Below, piece by piece: positions 23,107 to 34,579 of a stretch of DNA of 64,000 nucleotides; positions within the stretch are counted from its first letter, which is position 1; the number at the start of each line of letters is the position of its first letter. This stretch comes from an uncultured Planctomycetota bacterium (GTDB lineage Bacteria > Planctomycetota > Planctomycetia > Gemmatales > Gemmataceae): contig CAWKHF010000006.1 in NCBI GenBank assembly GCA_963849325.1, forward strand, positions 512,001 through 576,000, given 5' to 3'. The notes under the pieces were generated by a model. That model saw only the letters and a program-made list of their open reading frames with translations, was not told the origin of the DNA and searched no databases. Both the position numbers and the translations under genes were made by a program.

Positions 23107-24470
23107 TCAGTGGATCGCGGACTGACAGTCGTTGTACGTGCCGAGGAACAGTAGCAAGCGCACCTGGGCCTTGTTGTAGGCGCTGACGGCGGTCAGGTAG
23201 CTGGCGTGGGCCTGGGAGAGTTGCTGAATGCTGGCTAGGACCGCGGTATAGCTGTTGTTCCGCATCGACTCGCGGGGCGATTCGGACTCCAGGCGCAGGT
23301 TGGTGATGCGATAAGTCTCGGCGGCGTGCTCGATGGTGTTCGAGCCGCGCGTGATCTGTTCGCGTCCGCTGAGGGTGGCTGAGATCGCTTCCTCGACGCC
23401 GGCCTTCAGCTTGCCGCGTACATCGATCAGCGCCAGCTGGGCCTGTTGCAACTGGCTCTGGGCGATTTGCAATCGGCCGCACACCATGGCGGAGCCAGTG
23501 CAGTTGCACAGACGCTGAGCGCCCGCGCGTCGTCGAGTCCATGCTGGATCGACGCCGCCAGCCCTTGCAGCTCGCGCACACCCGGTCCATTGTCCATCGC
23601 CTGTTGCACCAAGGCGGCGGATGGGGCGGCGGCGTCCACGAGATCGATCGGCTCCAGCGCGGGAGCGGCCGGCGCCGGCCCGGCGTCGCTCAGGCCGAGA
23701 AGGTAAGCCAGCTTGGCGGCGGCGGCTTGACCTAACTGTCGTGCCCGAGCGCTGAATTGACGCCGGCCATTGAGGGCGGTCTGCGTGGCCTCGACCAGCA
23801 CCTGCGCCGGCTTCTCGCCCGACTCGATCAGGGCCCGCGAACGCTTGAGCAGCTTCTCCTCGTACTTCTCCAGGTCGCGGGCGACCGTCTCGCCGCGCAG
23901 GGCCGTCAGCCAGTCGAAGTAGGTGTTCGCCGCGTCTTGCAGGGCATCGAACTGCTTCTTGCTCAGCTCGGCGCGGCGCCGCCAGACTTGCGCCTCGGCG
24001 ACGGGCCGCTTGAACAGATCCTTGCGCAGCAACTCCGGCATGCACGATCGCAGCGCCGCATCCAGGGCGATCTGGCTCTCGTTGACGCGCTCCCGCGCCA
24101 GGAGGATCTCCGGGTTGCGCTCGCAGGTCAGACGCAGCACCGTATCGAGATTGAGTACCGGCCCGCTCGGGACGGTCGTGTCCTCGTCGCCGTCCTCTTC
24201 CTCTTGATGCGAGGCACGCACTAGGTCGGACGCCCTCGGCGCCTTCGCGCTTCGGCTCCAGGTGCCGCGCGCATAGGGGACGGACGTCAGGCTCAGCGGC
24301 GGGGTCAGCCCGCTGGACAACGGACCCGGCACGGGCGGCCCGTTCAAGGCGAGCCGGGACATGGGCAGGTTGCAGCCGACCGACAACAGGAGAGAGCCGG
24401 CAGCGCACCACGCCGCCAGGCACGGCAAACGGCGACATCGGGGCAAAAGGCGAAAGCGGAGGCGGGACAT
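23107..24470 (-). CDS. TolC-family outer membrane efflux protein (frameshift near 23500)
   Basis: Lipoprotein-like leader, LRLTCERNPEILLARERV, YLTAVSAYNKAQVRL. Confidence 0.75.
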
Positions 24471-24575
24471 AAAACGAGTCTCCTGCAAGCTCGGATGAGC
24501 GGGTATAGCTGGCTCGCAGGTTACATCGGTTGCCCTCCTATCCGAACTTTGCCGATTGTGCCAAACGCTTGCCGT

Positions 24576-26567
24576 TTAGCGCGTTGACGATCCTTGCCGG
24601 GACAGGGCGGCGACGATGGCCTCGACGTCGTAGACGCAGCCGCCCCAGGTGCCGCCGCTGACGCGCTGCAAGGCCGCCCACAGCCGCGTGTCGTCCGGCA
24701 AGTTCGGGTCCGGCGCGCAGGTCCGGCCGCGGCGGCCGGCGTGCCAGCACGCACGCCCCTTCCTCGGCGCCGAACCGCGTCTCGCCCTCGCCGACGAGAT
24801 CGACGCTGCCTTCCAGGCGGTTGCGGTCGATGACGATGCGGATGCGGTCGCCGTCGCGGACCTTGCCGATCGGGCCGCCGGCCAGCGCTTCCGGCCCGAC
24901 GTGGCCGATGCACGCTCCCGTCGAGACGCCGGAGAAGCGCGCGTCGGTCAGCACGGCGACCTGCTTGCCGAAGCTCAGATGCTTCAGGGCCGAAGTGATC
25001 TGGTAAATCTCCTCCATGCCGGCCCCCATCGGCCCGCGGCAGATCAGCACGAGCACGTCGCCGGGCCGGATGGCGTCGGGTCCGTGGCCCTTGATGGCGG
25101 CGATGGCGGCCTTCTCGCTGGTGAAGACGCGCGCCGGGCCGATCTTGCGATACACGCCGTCGGCATCGACCACGCTCGGGTCGATGGCCGTGCTCTTGAT
25201 GACCGAGCCTTCCGGCGCCAGGTTGCCGCGCGGAAACGTCACGGTCGAGGTCAGGCCGCGCGCGCGGGCCTGCTCGGGACTCATGATGACGTCGATCGGG
25301 ATCGACGCCGTCCTTGCGGCGCAGCACCTCGCGCAGACGCTGCCGGCGCTCGGAGTGCTCCCACCAGTCGAGGACGCGGCCGAGCGGTTCGCCGCTGACG
25401 GTCAGGCAGTTGACGTCGAGCAGGCCGAGGCGGCGCAGGTGCAGCATGACCTCGGGCACGCCGCCGGCGAGGAAGACGCGCACCGTCGGATGGCCGACCG
25501 GCCCGTTCGGCAGGGCATCGACCAGGCGCGGCACGCGGCGGTTGACGTCGATCCAGTCCTCGACCGTCGGCCGGCGCAGGCCGGCGTGATAGGCGATGGC
25601 GGGGACGTGCAGCAGCAGGTTCGTCGAGCCGCCGAACGCCGCGTGGACGGCCATCGCATTGCGCACGGCGGCGTCGGTGAGGATGTGGCGGGTGTGGATC
25701 TGTCGCGTCTGCAGATGAGCGACGGCACGGGCGGAGCGGCGGGCCATGTCGAGCCAGATCGGCTGGCCCGACGGCGCGAGGGCGGCGTGCGGCAGCGCCA
25801 GGCCCAGCGCCTCGCCGACGACCTGCGCCGTGGCCGCGGTGCCGAGGAACTGGCAGCCGCCGCCCGGCGAGGCGCAGGCGCGGCAGCCCAGCTCCGCCGC
25901 TTCCTGCAAGCTGATCTGGCCGTGCGCGAAGCGGGCGCCGATGCGTCTGGATCTTGCCGGCGTCCTCGCCCTGCTCCGGCGGCAGCGTCACGCCGCCGGG
26001 CACGAGCACGCACGGCAGATCGTGCATCGCCGCCAGGGCCATCATCATCGCCGGCAGGCCCTTGTCGCAGGTGGCCACGCCGAGGACGCCGCGCCGCGTC
26101 GGCAGCGAGCGGATCAGCCGGCGCAGCACCATCGCCGCGTCGTTGCGGTAGGGCAGGCTGTCCATCATGCCGGCGGTGCCCTGCGTGCGGCCGTCGCAGG
26201 GATCGGTGCAGAAGCCGGCGAAGGGGACGCAGCCCAGCGTCCGCAGCTCCTCCGCGGCCGCCTTCATGAGCAGGCCGACTTCCCAGTGGCCGGTGTGATA
26301 GCCCAGCGCGATCGGCGTGCCGTCGGCGGCGCGGATGCCGCCGGACGTGCTGAGGATCAGGAACTCGCGGCGGCCCAGCTCCGCCGGCTTCCAGCCCATG
26401 CCGACGTCCTGCGTCCAGCCGAACAGGTCGCCGCTGGGCGCCTCGCGCAGCAGCTCCTCGGTCAGCGGCAGGCTGCCGGCGGGGCCGGCGGCGCTGGTTT
26501 GCACGTCGAAGAGGGAGGGATCGGACTCGACGAGAGTGGTGAAATCCACGGTGGATGGGAATGACAT
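24576..26567 (-). CDS. YjhG/YagF-family D-xylonate dehydratase (IlvD/Edd family), frameshifted
   Basis: [62 protein letters not shown]. Confidence 0.9.
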
Positions 26568-26847
26568 GCGGGGTCTCGATTACGGTGTGTCCGGGCGGAT
26601 GGTGGTGAGCGCTGTCGCGGCGCAAGTTACCCCTATCATACCGCAAGTGTTGCCCAAACCGACCCTCGTCGGCAAGAAGGACAGGATGACGTCATTCGTG
26701 GCGTGAGAAAAAAAACTTGTTCCTCGGTAATGCCGGGTTAGAATCAGGCGCGGCGGACGCCCTGGCGGCGATGGTCGCCGAGACCGAGAATCCCCGAATC
26801 CGCTGGTGCGTTGTTCTCTCGCTGCCTTCCTTTGACGAGGATCATCC

Positions 26848-27723
26848 ATGACCAGCCGTGCCCTGAAAGAGTATCGCTACGAGAAACTGACCTGGCCGGA
26901 GATCAACGACGCCGTCGAGCTGGGCAAGGTGTGCATCGTGCCGTGCGGCGCCGTCGAGCAGCACGGGCCGCACCTGCCGCTCGACGTGGACCTCATCTGC
27001 CCCACCGAGATCGCCCGCGGCGCCGGTCGGGCCGTGCCCGACAAAATGCTCGTGCTGCCGACCGTCTGCTACGGCTACACCGGCCACGTCATGGACTTCC
27101 CCGGCACGATCAACAACGACTTCGAGCACTTCATGCATCACGTGCTCGACATCACCAAGTCGCTCGCCTATCACGGCTTCAAGAAGATCGTGCTGCTCAA
27201 CGGCCACGGCTCCAACATGCCCAACCTCGACCTGGTGGCCCGCCGCACCAACCTGGAGACCGACGCCGAGTGCATCCTGGCGGGCTGGTGGAACCTGCTG
27301 ACGGTGGACAAGGAGTTCCTGCCGCGCTGGCGGCAGAGCAAGTTCCCCGGCGGCTGCGCCCACGCCTGCGAGCTGGAAACGTCGCTGTACCTCTACCTCG
27401 ACGGCGACAACGTGCGCAAGGACCAGATCAAGAACGGCGTCATCAGCTTCAACGAGGAGCACAGCCCGTTCAACTGGGTCGATCTGTTCGCGGCGGGCCC
27501 GGCGACGGTCATCTCGTGGACCAGCAGCTATTCCGACACCGGCGTGCTCGGCGAGGCGGAGCTGGCCACGGCCGAGAAGGGCAAGCAGGCCTACGAGGAG
27601 GCGGTCAAGCAACTGGTGCGTTTCGTCACCTGGTTCAAGGACCGGCCCAAGGACCAGCGCAAGGACCGCCACGCCAAGCCGCCGACCATGCCGATCCCCT
27701 GGGGGCAACGGCCGCTGCGCTAA
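26848..27723 (+). CDS. Creatininase/mycofactocin-peptidase family amidohydrolase
   Basis: GAVEQHGPHLPLDVD, NGHGSN, HACELETS. Confidence 0.92.
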   Translation: MTSRALKEYRYEKLTWPEINDAVELGKVCIVPCGAVEQHGPHLPLDVDLICPTEIARGAGRAVPDKMLVLPTVCYGYTGHVMDFPGTINNDFEHFMHHVLDITKSLAYHGFKKIVLLNGHGSNMPNLDLVARRTNLETDAECILAGWWNLLTVDKEFLPRWRQSKFPGGCAHACELETSLYLYLDGDNVRKDQIKNGVISFNEEHSPFNWVDLFAAGPATVISWTSSYSDTGVLGEAELATAEKGKQAYEEAVKQLVRFVTWFKDRPKDQRKDRHAKPPTMPIPWGQRPLR

Positions 27724-27855
27724 GAGCCACTAACTAATGCACTTTGAACCACGGATAACACGGATACCACGGATAAAACAAAAGAAGGATGCTGATTTTC
27801 TTTATCCGTGTTATCCGTGTTATCCGTGGTCAAAATTGCATTTGGTTAGTGCCTC
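27724..27855. mobile_element. MITE-like shell (GAG(C/G)CACTAAC termini) enclosing inverted 9-mer ACACGGATA repeats
   Basis: taa|GAGCCACTAACT...GGTTAGTGCCTC|gaa. Confidence 0.6.
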
Positions 27856-27881
27856 GAAGCCGCGAGCGGCGCGACACGAAC

Positions 27882-28562
27882 ATGACCGAAATCGCCATCC
27901 ACGTCCGCGATTTGGCCAAGTCCTACGGGACGGCCTCCGCCCCCGTGCATGCGCTGCGCGGTGTATCGCTGGAGATGCGCCGGGGCGAGAAAGTGGCCCT
28001 GCTGGGCAAATCCGGCTCCGGCAAATCGACGCTCCTGAACCTCGTGGGCGGACTCGATCGCCCCTCGTCGGGCCGCATCGAGGTCCACGGCCGCGACCTC
28101 GGCCGCATGAGCCGCAACCAACTGGCCCGCCATCGGCTGGAGACGGTCGGCATGATCTTCCAGTCGTTCAACCTCATCCCCTCGCGCACGGCCTGGCAAA
28201 ACGTCGAGTTGCCGATGCTGTTCGCGGCCCGGGCGCCGGCCGAGCGGCGGACGGCGGCGCGGCAAGCCCTCGAAGCGGTCGGGCTGGGAGAGCGGTTGAA
28301 CCATCGGCCGGGCGAGCTGTCCGGCGGCGAACATCAGCGCGTGGCCATCGCCCGCGCCCTGGTCAATCGGCCGAGCATCCTGCTGGCCGACGAGCCGACG
28401 GGCAACCTCGATTCCGCCACGGCCGGCGAAGTCCTGGACGTGCTCATTGCCCACGTTCGCCAGCAGGATACCACGCTCGTCCTGGTAACGCACGATGAGG
28501 AGCTGGCCCGTCGCTGCGCCGACCGTATCGTGTGGCTGAAGGATGGACAGATGGCCGGCTGA
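27882..28562 (+). CDS. ABC transporter ATP-binding protein (LolD/MacB type)
   Basis: GKSGSGKS, LSGGEHQRVAIARAL, DEPTGNLD. Confidence 0.95.
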   Translation: MTEIAIHVRDLAKSYGTASAPVHALRGVSLEMRRGEKVALLGKSGSGKSTLLNLVGGLDRPSSGRIEVHGRDLGRMSRNQLARHRLETVGMIFQSFNLIPSRTAWQNVELPMLFAARAPAERRTAARQALEAVGLGERLNHRPGELSGGEHQRVAIARALVNRPSILLADEPTGNLDSATAGEVLDVLIAHVRQQDTTLVLVTHDEELARRCADRIVWLKDGQMAG

Positions 28563-28581
28563 TCCTTCGAGGAGAATAAAC

Positions 28582-30139
28582 GTGCGTTTCGCCAACGTCG
28601 TGGGCCTGGCCCTCTCGGCCCTGTATCAGCAGAAGGTGCGCACGGCGCTGACAATGCTCGGCGTAGTCATCGGCGCGCTGGTGCTGCTGTTGAGCCTGTC
28701 GGTCGGCCAGGGCGTGCGCGAGGTCATCGCCACCGCCTGGCGCCGCAACGACCAGCTACGGCAGATCAACGTCCGATCCAGCTTCCGAACCCCAGCGGAA
28801 AACATCCCCGCGGAAGAGATCGCGGTCAAGGGCCAGATGAGCGACGCCCGCCACGAACGCTTGCGGCAGGCGCTCATCCGTCACTGGCAGGGCAGCCCCA
28901 AACAAGACACGGCCAAGCGCCTTACACCCGAACGGCTCCAGGAACTGGCGGCCCTCGACCACGTTGAGTCGATCGTGCCCGATATCTACCTCCTCGGCCG
29001 TGTCCACTTCCACGAGAAGGACTGTCCCGGCAGCACCTTCGCAGTGGATGCGAACGATACGTATGTCCGTCAGAGACTCGTGGCCGGTTCCCTCTTCACG
29101 GCGGATCAGCCGCGCGGCGCGGTGGTGACCGAATACTTGCTCTACCAGCTTGGCGTGATCGACGAGGCGGACATGGAAGGCGTTGTCGGGCAAACGCTGC
29201 GTCTGAAGTTCTCCTCGCAGCCGTACCGTTTTAACAACCTGATGTGGCTGCTGACCGGCGATGCGTCCCGCTTGACGCCGGCCGAGGATGAGGTGCTCGA
29301 CAAGGTTGTTCGGCAGTTGCCCGCGGCCGTCGCTCGTTTCGATCTGACGGAGGCGGACAAGGGAACCCTGACGAAACTGCTCCAGCGTCGGCAGACGAAA
29401 CGCAAGACCTCCCCCCCGATCTATTTCTCGGAAGAGTTCACCATCACCGGCGTTGTCCGCGTCGCCACGCCCGAGGAGATACGCGGTTCGCTGCAATGGA
29501 TGAAAGATCACTCCGATGTTTTTCTGCCCGCCACCACGGCGGCGGAGTTGTATTTCCGCATCCCGGACAACCGCGAAGTCGGCGTGAATTCGGCCATCGG
29601 TGCGCGTGGACAGCGAGGACAACGTCAAGGAGGTGGACGGTCGCATCGCCGACATGGGCCTGGAATCGTATGCGCCGATCAAAATACTGGAGCAGGTGCG
29701 CTTCAATGCTCTGATGATCTCACTGACGATGAGTTTCGTCGCCCTGGTGGCGCTGGTGGTGGCGGGCCTGGGCATCGCCAATACGCTGCTGATGAGCGTG
29801 CTGGAGCGGACCCACGAAATCGGCGTCATGAAGGCCGTGGGAGCGCGCGACCGGCACATTCAGATGCTGTTTCTGGTGGAGGGCGCGTTGATCGGATTGG
29901 CCGGGAGTGGGCTGGGATTGCTGAGCGCCTGGCTGGTGTCGTATCCGCTGGACCGCCTGGCGCGACGGCTGGCCGAGCAGCAGGCGCAAACGCCGTTGTC
30001 GCAATCGTTCTTCGTCTTCCCGTGGTGGCTGTTGCTGGCCGTGCCGCTGTTCGTGACGATGCTGACCATGCTAGCGGCGCTGTATCCGGCCCGTCGCGCC
30101 GCCCGCGTCAATCCGATGACGGCGTTGCGGCACGAGTGA
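28582..30139 (+). CDS. ABC transporter permease (MacB/FtsX family), frameshift near 29600
   Basis: KVRTALTMLGVVIG, GIANTLLMSVLERTHEIGVMKAVGA, YPARRAARVNPMTALRHE. Confidence 0.92.
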
Positions 30140-30212
30140 GAACAAATCGCGTTGTTCGCCGGATCGCCGCACCGTTATAGTACAGGGCAGACTTCCGTTC
30201 GGGGGATGGCTC

Positions 30213-31945
30213 ATGGCCCGCTCGTCCGCAACACCACTGCAGTGGCAGGTCGCCCGAGTACGGCGGCGCCTGTTCGGACAAATGCTCCTCGAAACGCTGG
30301 TGTGGAGTTGGGTCGGTGCCCTGGCGCTGGCGGCCGGCTGGTTCCTCACCGAGCCGTATGTCCACGCCGACGCGGCGCCCTGGCTGCGCTGGGCGGTGGG
30401 CGGTGGTCTCGCCGGCGCGGGCATGGTGCTCGCCATCGTGCTCGCCGTGAGGAAAACGCCTTCGCATGTCGCCGCCGCCCTGGCACTGGACGAACGCTTC
30501 CACCTCCAGGAGCGCGTGACGACGGCTTTGACATTGTCGGAAGCAGAACAGGCGTCCCCTGCAGGTCAGGCTCTCCTTGCCGATGTCAACTCCCGTGTGG
30601 TGGCGCTCCGCATTGGTGATCGCTTCCCCCTGCGCATCCCCCGGTCGGCTGGCCTGGTGCCTTTGGCTGTCCTGCTGTTGGTGGGGCTGGCTTTCTTCTA
30701 CAAGCCGGTCCTCAACCCGGCGCAGGCCGACACGGACCAAGCGCTGACAGACAGTCCGGCCGCCAGGGCAGAGATCGAGAAGGCACTGCGTCCGTTGCAC
30801 AAGAAGCCGATGAAGAAGATCGATCCGCGTCCCACGTCCGAGGAACTGCAGCGGCTGGAGGCCGAACTGGATCGACTGGCGCGGAAGCCGCACGACACGA
30901 AAGAACAGGCCCGCGAACTGGTCAAGGACCTCACCAACGCCGAAGACGAGGTCCGCAAGCGCGAGAAGCAGTTGGCCGACCGCGCCGACGCCCTCAAGGA
31001 GCAGATGAAACAGGCCGAACGCCTCCGCAAGAAGGACAAGAGCGATGGACCCGCTCGCAAGCTGGACAAGGCGCTCGACCAGGCCGAGTTCAAAAAGGCC
31101 CGCGAAGAAATGGAACGCCTGGGCAAACAACTGCAAGCCGACGAAGAAGTGGCCCGCCTTCGGAAAAAGATGCGGGAGGACAAGCTGACCGAGGAACAGA
31201 AGCAGGAGATGCGCGAACAGCTGGAAAAACTCAAGGACCAGGAGCTGAGCCGCCAGCAGAAGGAACAACTGGAGCAACAACTGCACGACATCCAGGACAA
31301 GCTGGAACGACTGACGCGGTCGGAGGAGGCGAAGGAACGTCTCTGCGAACTGCAGCGCCAGGGGGCCATCAGCAAGGAAGAACTCGACCGCGAACTGGAT
31401 CAGTTGGAGAAAAACACGGCCAAGCTCGACCCCGAGACCTTGCAACAGTTGAACGACTTGGCCAAAAAGCTCGGCGAGTGTCAGCAGTGCATGAAGGAAG
31501 GCAAGGAGGGCGAAGCCGCTCAAAAGCTCGCCGAGGCCGCCGAGAAGCTGGCCAAGCTCGATCCCAACGGCGAGCACAAGGAGCTGCGGGAACAACTCAA
31601 ACAATTACAGGCGGCCCGGCAAGCGGTCTGCCAGGCGCTGGACGGCAAGCCGGTGCCGGGCGTCGGCCAACGGCCCGAGTCCAAAGAGGGGCCGACCGCA
31701 TCCAGGGAAGAATGGGCCCACTCGCCGATGGGCAAGGGACGTTTGCAGGTCATCGATCACGTGCCCGGCGACGGCTTCAAGGGACCACGCCAGCCCGCCG
31801 AGATGACGGAAGAGATTCGCCGAGCATCGCAAGAAGAACCCGAAGCGATCGACCGCCAGCGTCTGCCGCGCTCCGCCAGCGACATGGTCGCGGTTACTTC
31901 GAGAAGCTGCGCGGCCCGGATCGAAAGGGCAAGAAGAATCCTTAG
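30213..31945 (+). CDS. Membrane-anchored coiled-coil protein
   Basis: 3 TM segments, ALDERFHLQERVTTAL, long E/K/Q-rich coiled coil; frameshift near the C-terminus. Confidence 0.75.
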
Positions 31946-32043
31946 GGCGCGTCCAGGAATAACTTCGTTTAGCCGCGACGCGCAGCGGAGCGCGCTCCGC
32001 TGCGCGTCGCGGCTAAACTTGGAAGTCATTCGTGGACGCCTCC
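31945..32043. mobile_element. MITE-like shell with TTA duplication enclosing a GTTTAGCCGCGACG REP
   Basis: tta|GGGCGCGTCCAGGAATAACTTC...GAAGTCATTCGTGGACGCCTCC|tta. Confidence 0.65.
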
Positions 32044-32046
32044 TTA

Positions 32047-32172
32047 ACCACGGATTCCACGGATAACACGGATAAATACAGAAGACCGAATGGATCGTTC
32101 CGACTTCTAACGAAGGCCATCTCTTTATATTGTCTTCTGTATTTATCCGTTTTATCCGTGTAATCCGTGGTC
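32047..32172. repeat. Inverted 9-mer tandem repeat (ACACGGATA)n/(TATCCGTGT)n
   Basis: Same unit as 27748-27830. Confidence 0.8.
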
Positions 32173-32223
32173 CTCTTGATGCCTGGCCCTGTCGCCCTCT
32201 CACGAAGCGACCGGAGTTTCCGC

Positions 32224-32670
32224 ATGACCAAGCCCATCCCTGCGCCGATCGACCCCGCCCATCTCGTCGAGCGGGCCTTGCGTGTCCTCTCGGCGGATCG
32301 CTTTCCCTATCTCGCCACCCTCGATGGCGATCAGCCTCGGCTCCGTCCCGTCTCCCCGGTGAAGACGGATCGCTTCACGGTCTACGTCGCCAACCTGCGC
32401 GGCTACCACAAGACGGGCGAGATCGCGGCCAATCCCAAGGTCGAACTGTGTTACCTGGACGATCACCACGATCAGGTACGCATCACCGGCATCGCCGAAG
32501 TCGTCACCGACCGCGGGTTGCTCCAGGAGATCTGGGACGCCAATCCCTTGCTGCGCCAGTACCTGGGCCGAGTCGATAACCCCGAGCTGATCCTGTACCG
32601 CATCCGGCCGATGCGCGTCCGCTACATGCAAGAATGGGCGCTGGAATACCACGAGATCGCGCTGGAGTAG
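32224..32670 (+). CDS. Pyridoxamine 5'-phosphate oxidase-like FMN-binding protein
   Basis: YLATLDGDQPRLRPV, KTGEIAANPKVELCY, QVRITG. Confidence 0.88.
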   Translation: MTKPIPAPIDPAHLVERALRVLSADRFPYLATLDGDQPRLRPVSPVKTDRFTVYVANLRGYHKTGEIAANPKVELCYLDDHHDQVRITGIAEVVTDRGLLQEIWDANPLLRQYLGRVDNPELILYRIRPMRVRYMQEWALEYHEIALE

Positions 32671-32688
32671 CGGGGTAGGCGGGGAGAA

Positions 32689-33276
32689 TCAGTTTCGTAA
32701 TTGCGGCACGGGCAAGAGAGGGAACTCGACGGCGAGATCCTCCGTGGTCAGAGGCGGCAGAGGGGTAAATCCCTGGCGAGCAACACGGGCCGAGCGAACG
32801 GCACACTCCTTCTCCAGCACGTAGTAACGATTGTAGCCTTCGCGCAGCTCGTTGACGGTGCCTCGGTCCACCATCGGCAGGAACACACGCCAACGTCGGT
32901 TGAAGTGCTCCAGGCTCTCACATAGCTCATGCAGGGATCGCTGGAGTATGCGGATCGATGCGCTCGGATCGATGTGTGTGCGCAGCTGCGGATTCAGCTC
33001 GTCATGTAGCCGGCGCAGAATGTCGAGCTGATCGTCGTCGGCGAGCAGCGGGCGGAGGTTGTGCCAGTCGCCGGCCAGGGCACGCAGCAGGCCGAGGCGA
33101 AGGCGCACCATTTTCAACCACTCCGTCCGTTGCCGGCGACAGCAGGCGAGCAAGTCCTCCAGAGCGCCTTGCACGGCCCGCGCACGACGAATGTACGCGG
33201 GGGCATCGTACTGCGTCAGGAATTGCTTGAACTCGTCACTGCCGTCGTCGCCGCTCGGGATCGATACTTCCTCCAT
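32689..33276 (-). CDS. Hypothetical protein
   Basis: 195 aa ORF with an RBS (aggag). Confidence 0.7.
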   Translation of the reverse strand: MEEVSIPSGDDGSDEFKQFLTQYDAPAYIRRARAVQGALEDLLACCRRQRTEWLKMVRLRLGLLRALAGDWHNLRPLLADDDQLDILRRLHDELNPQLRTHIDPSASIRILQRSLHELCESLEHFNRRWRVFLPMVDRGTVNELREGYNRYYVLEKECAVRSARVARQGFTPLPPLTTEDLAVEFPLLPVPQLRN

Positions 33277-33346
33277 TCGCTCCTCGCCGGCTTGTACATT
33301 TGGACCTGCACATTTTACATAACGATATGGACCTTTCTACAAACGT

Positions 33347-33648
33347 GCCGGTCCTCACCTGCCTCGGCTCCGGGACCATTTGGGAGCTAACCCGTGGGTG
33401 GCAGGGCGGTTCGGTCCTCTCGCGAGGCTTGGGCCGGATTTACGGCACGCCGGTTGCTTTTCATCCTAACGACTGCAAGGAACACGCAGAAGCGAAAGCG
33501 ACGGTCCTCGATCCGCCGGGCCATCCCCGTGGCTCCGGCAGCGGTAGGAGGTCTTTCCCCCCTCCCATCGTCGCTCCGAACCCCGCCCCTGAGCATTCCG
33601 CTATCCCCCTTGGGCCATCCGTTCCCCCCGGATGGCCCTTTTCTTTTT
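33347..33648 (+). ncRNA. Candidate structured non-coding RNA or attenuator leader
   Basis: Nested long-range helices, sigma70-like promoter upstream, intrinsic terminator downstream, no credible ORF. Confidence 0.5.
33612..33648 (+). terminator. Intrinsic terminator
   Basis: gggccatccg / cggatggccc stem followed by ttttcttttt. Confidence 0.8.
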
Positions 33649-33748
33649 CCCCTCCTCTTTTGTGTCTCTCCAGCGGAGCTTGTTTCACTGAAACCGCTTC
33701 ATTACGCTGAGAGTTGGCTCGATCGCCGCTTTCGTCGGAGTCGTCGGC

Positions 33749-34579
33749 ATGGCCTTTTCTTCCTCGCTCGATCCCGTGTCCATCCGGCCGGAAGTGCTGG
33801 CCTTCTTCCGAGACATCAAGGAGCATCCCGACGACGACACGCCGCGCCTCGTCTTCGCCGACTGGTTGCAGGAACACGGCGATGCCACAGCCGCCGCTCG
33901 CGGGGAGTTCCTGCGCCTGAGTGTTCTCCGTCATCGTCTGGCGCCGGATGATCCCAGCTATGAGCTGCTGAAACGCCGGGAGGGAGAGCTGTTCCGGCAA
34001 TATGGGTGGGCGTGGCTGGGTCCGTTAGCCGATGCGGCCAGGGCATGGACCTTCGAGCGCGGCATGGTCCAGATCACGGCACTCGCAGGAGACCTCCGCA
34101 GCCTGGCAGTCTCCACCTGGGCGCGGACGGAATCGGCTTTGTGGATCGATGCCCTCAAGCTTCCGTTGGGTGTTCCCGGGGATCACGGTGCGGCCGAAGA
34201 CCATGCCAATCACCTCGCCTACTCGCCCTTGCTGCCGCATATCATCCGCATCGACCTGAGCGACCATGCGAACCCTTTTGGCATGCGCTTTCTCTTCCGC
34301 GCCCTGCGCGACCGCAATCTGCCGTTTCTCAGGGAATTGCTCCTGTCCCGCAGTCGATTGACAACGCGGCACGTTACGTCCCTGGCCCGCTGCCGCCATT
34401 TGCGCCGGCTCCGTCTCCTCGACTTGCAGCAGAACCAACTGACGGACGGGGAAGCCCGACTTCTCGCCGAGTCGCCCCATCTCACGAGCGGGCCCATGCT
34501 CCGACTCGGACACAATCGTTTCACCGCCGAGGGAATCGCGCTGCTCCGGCAGGCGTTCGGTGAGCGGGTCTCATTCTGA
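33749..34579 (+). CDS. TIGR02996 repeat-companion domain protein with LRR-like repeats
   Basis: [28 protein letters not shown]...[22 protein letters not shown]. Confidence 0.88.
   Translation: MAFSSSLDPVSIRPEVLAFFRDIKEHPDDDTPRLVFADWLQEHGDATAAARGEFLRLSVLRHRLAPDDPSYELLKRREGELFRQYGWAWLGPLADAARAWTFERGMVQITALAGDLRSLAVSTWARTESALWIDALKLPLGVPGDHGAAEDHANHLAYSPLLPHIIRIDLSDHANPFGMRFLFRALRDRNLPFLRELLLSRSRLTTRHVTSLARCRHLRRLRLLDLQQNQLTDGEARLLAESPHLTSGPMLRLGHNRFTAEGIALLRQAFGERVSF

Noticed and set aside
27748-32172. 9-mer and 7-mer repeat arrays as CRISPR
   Set aside because: They are tandem short units in inverted arms with no unique spacers, and there are no cas genes.
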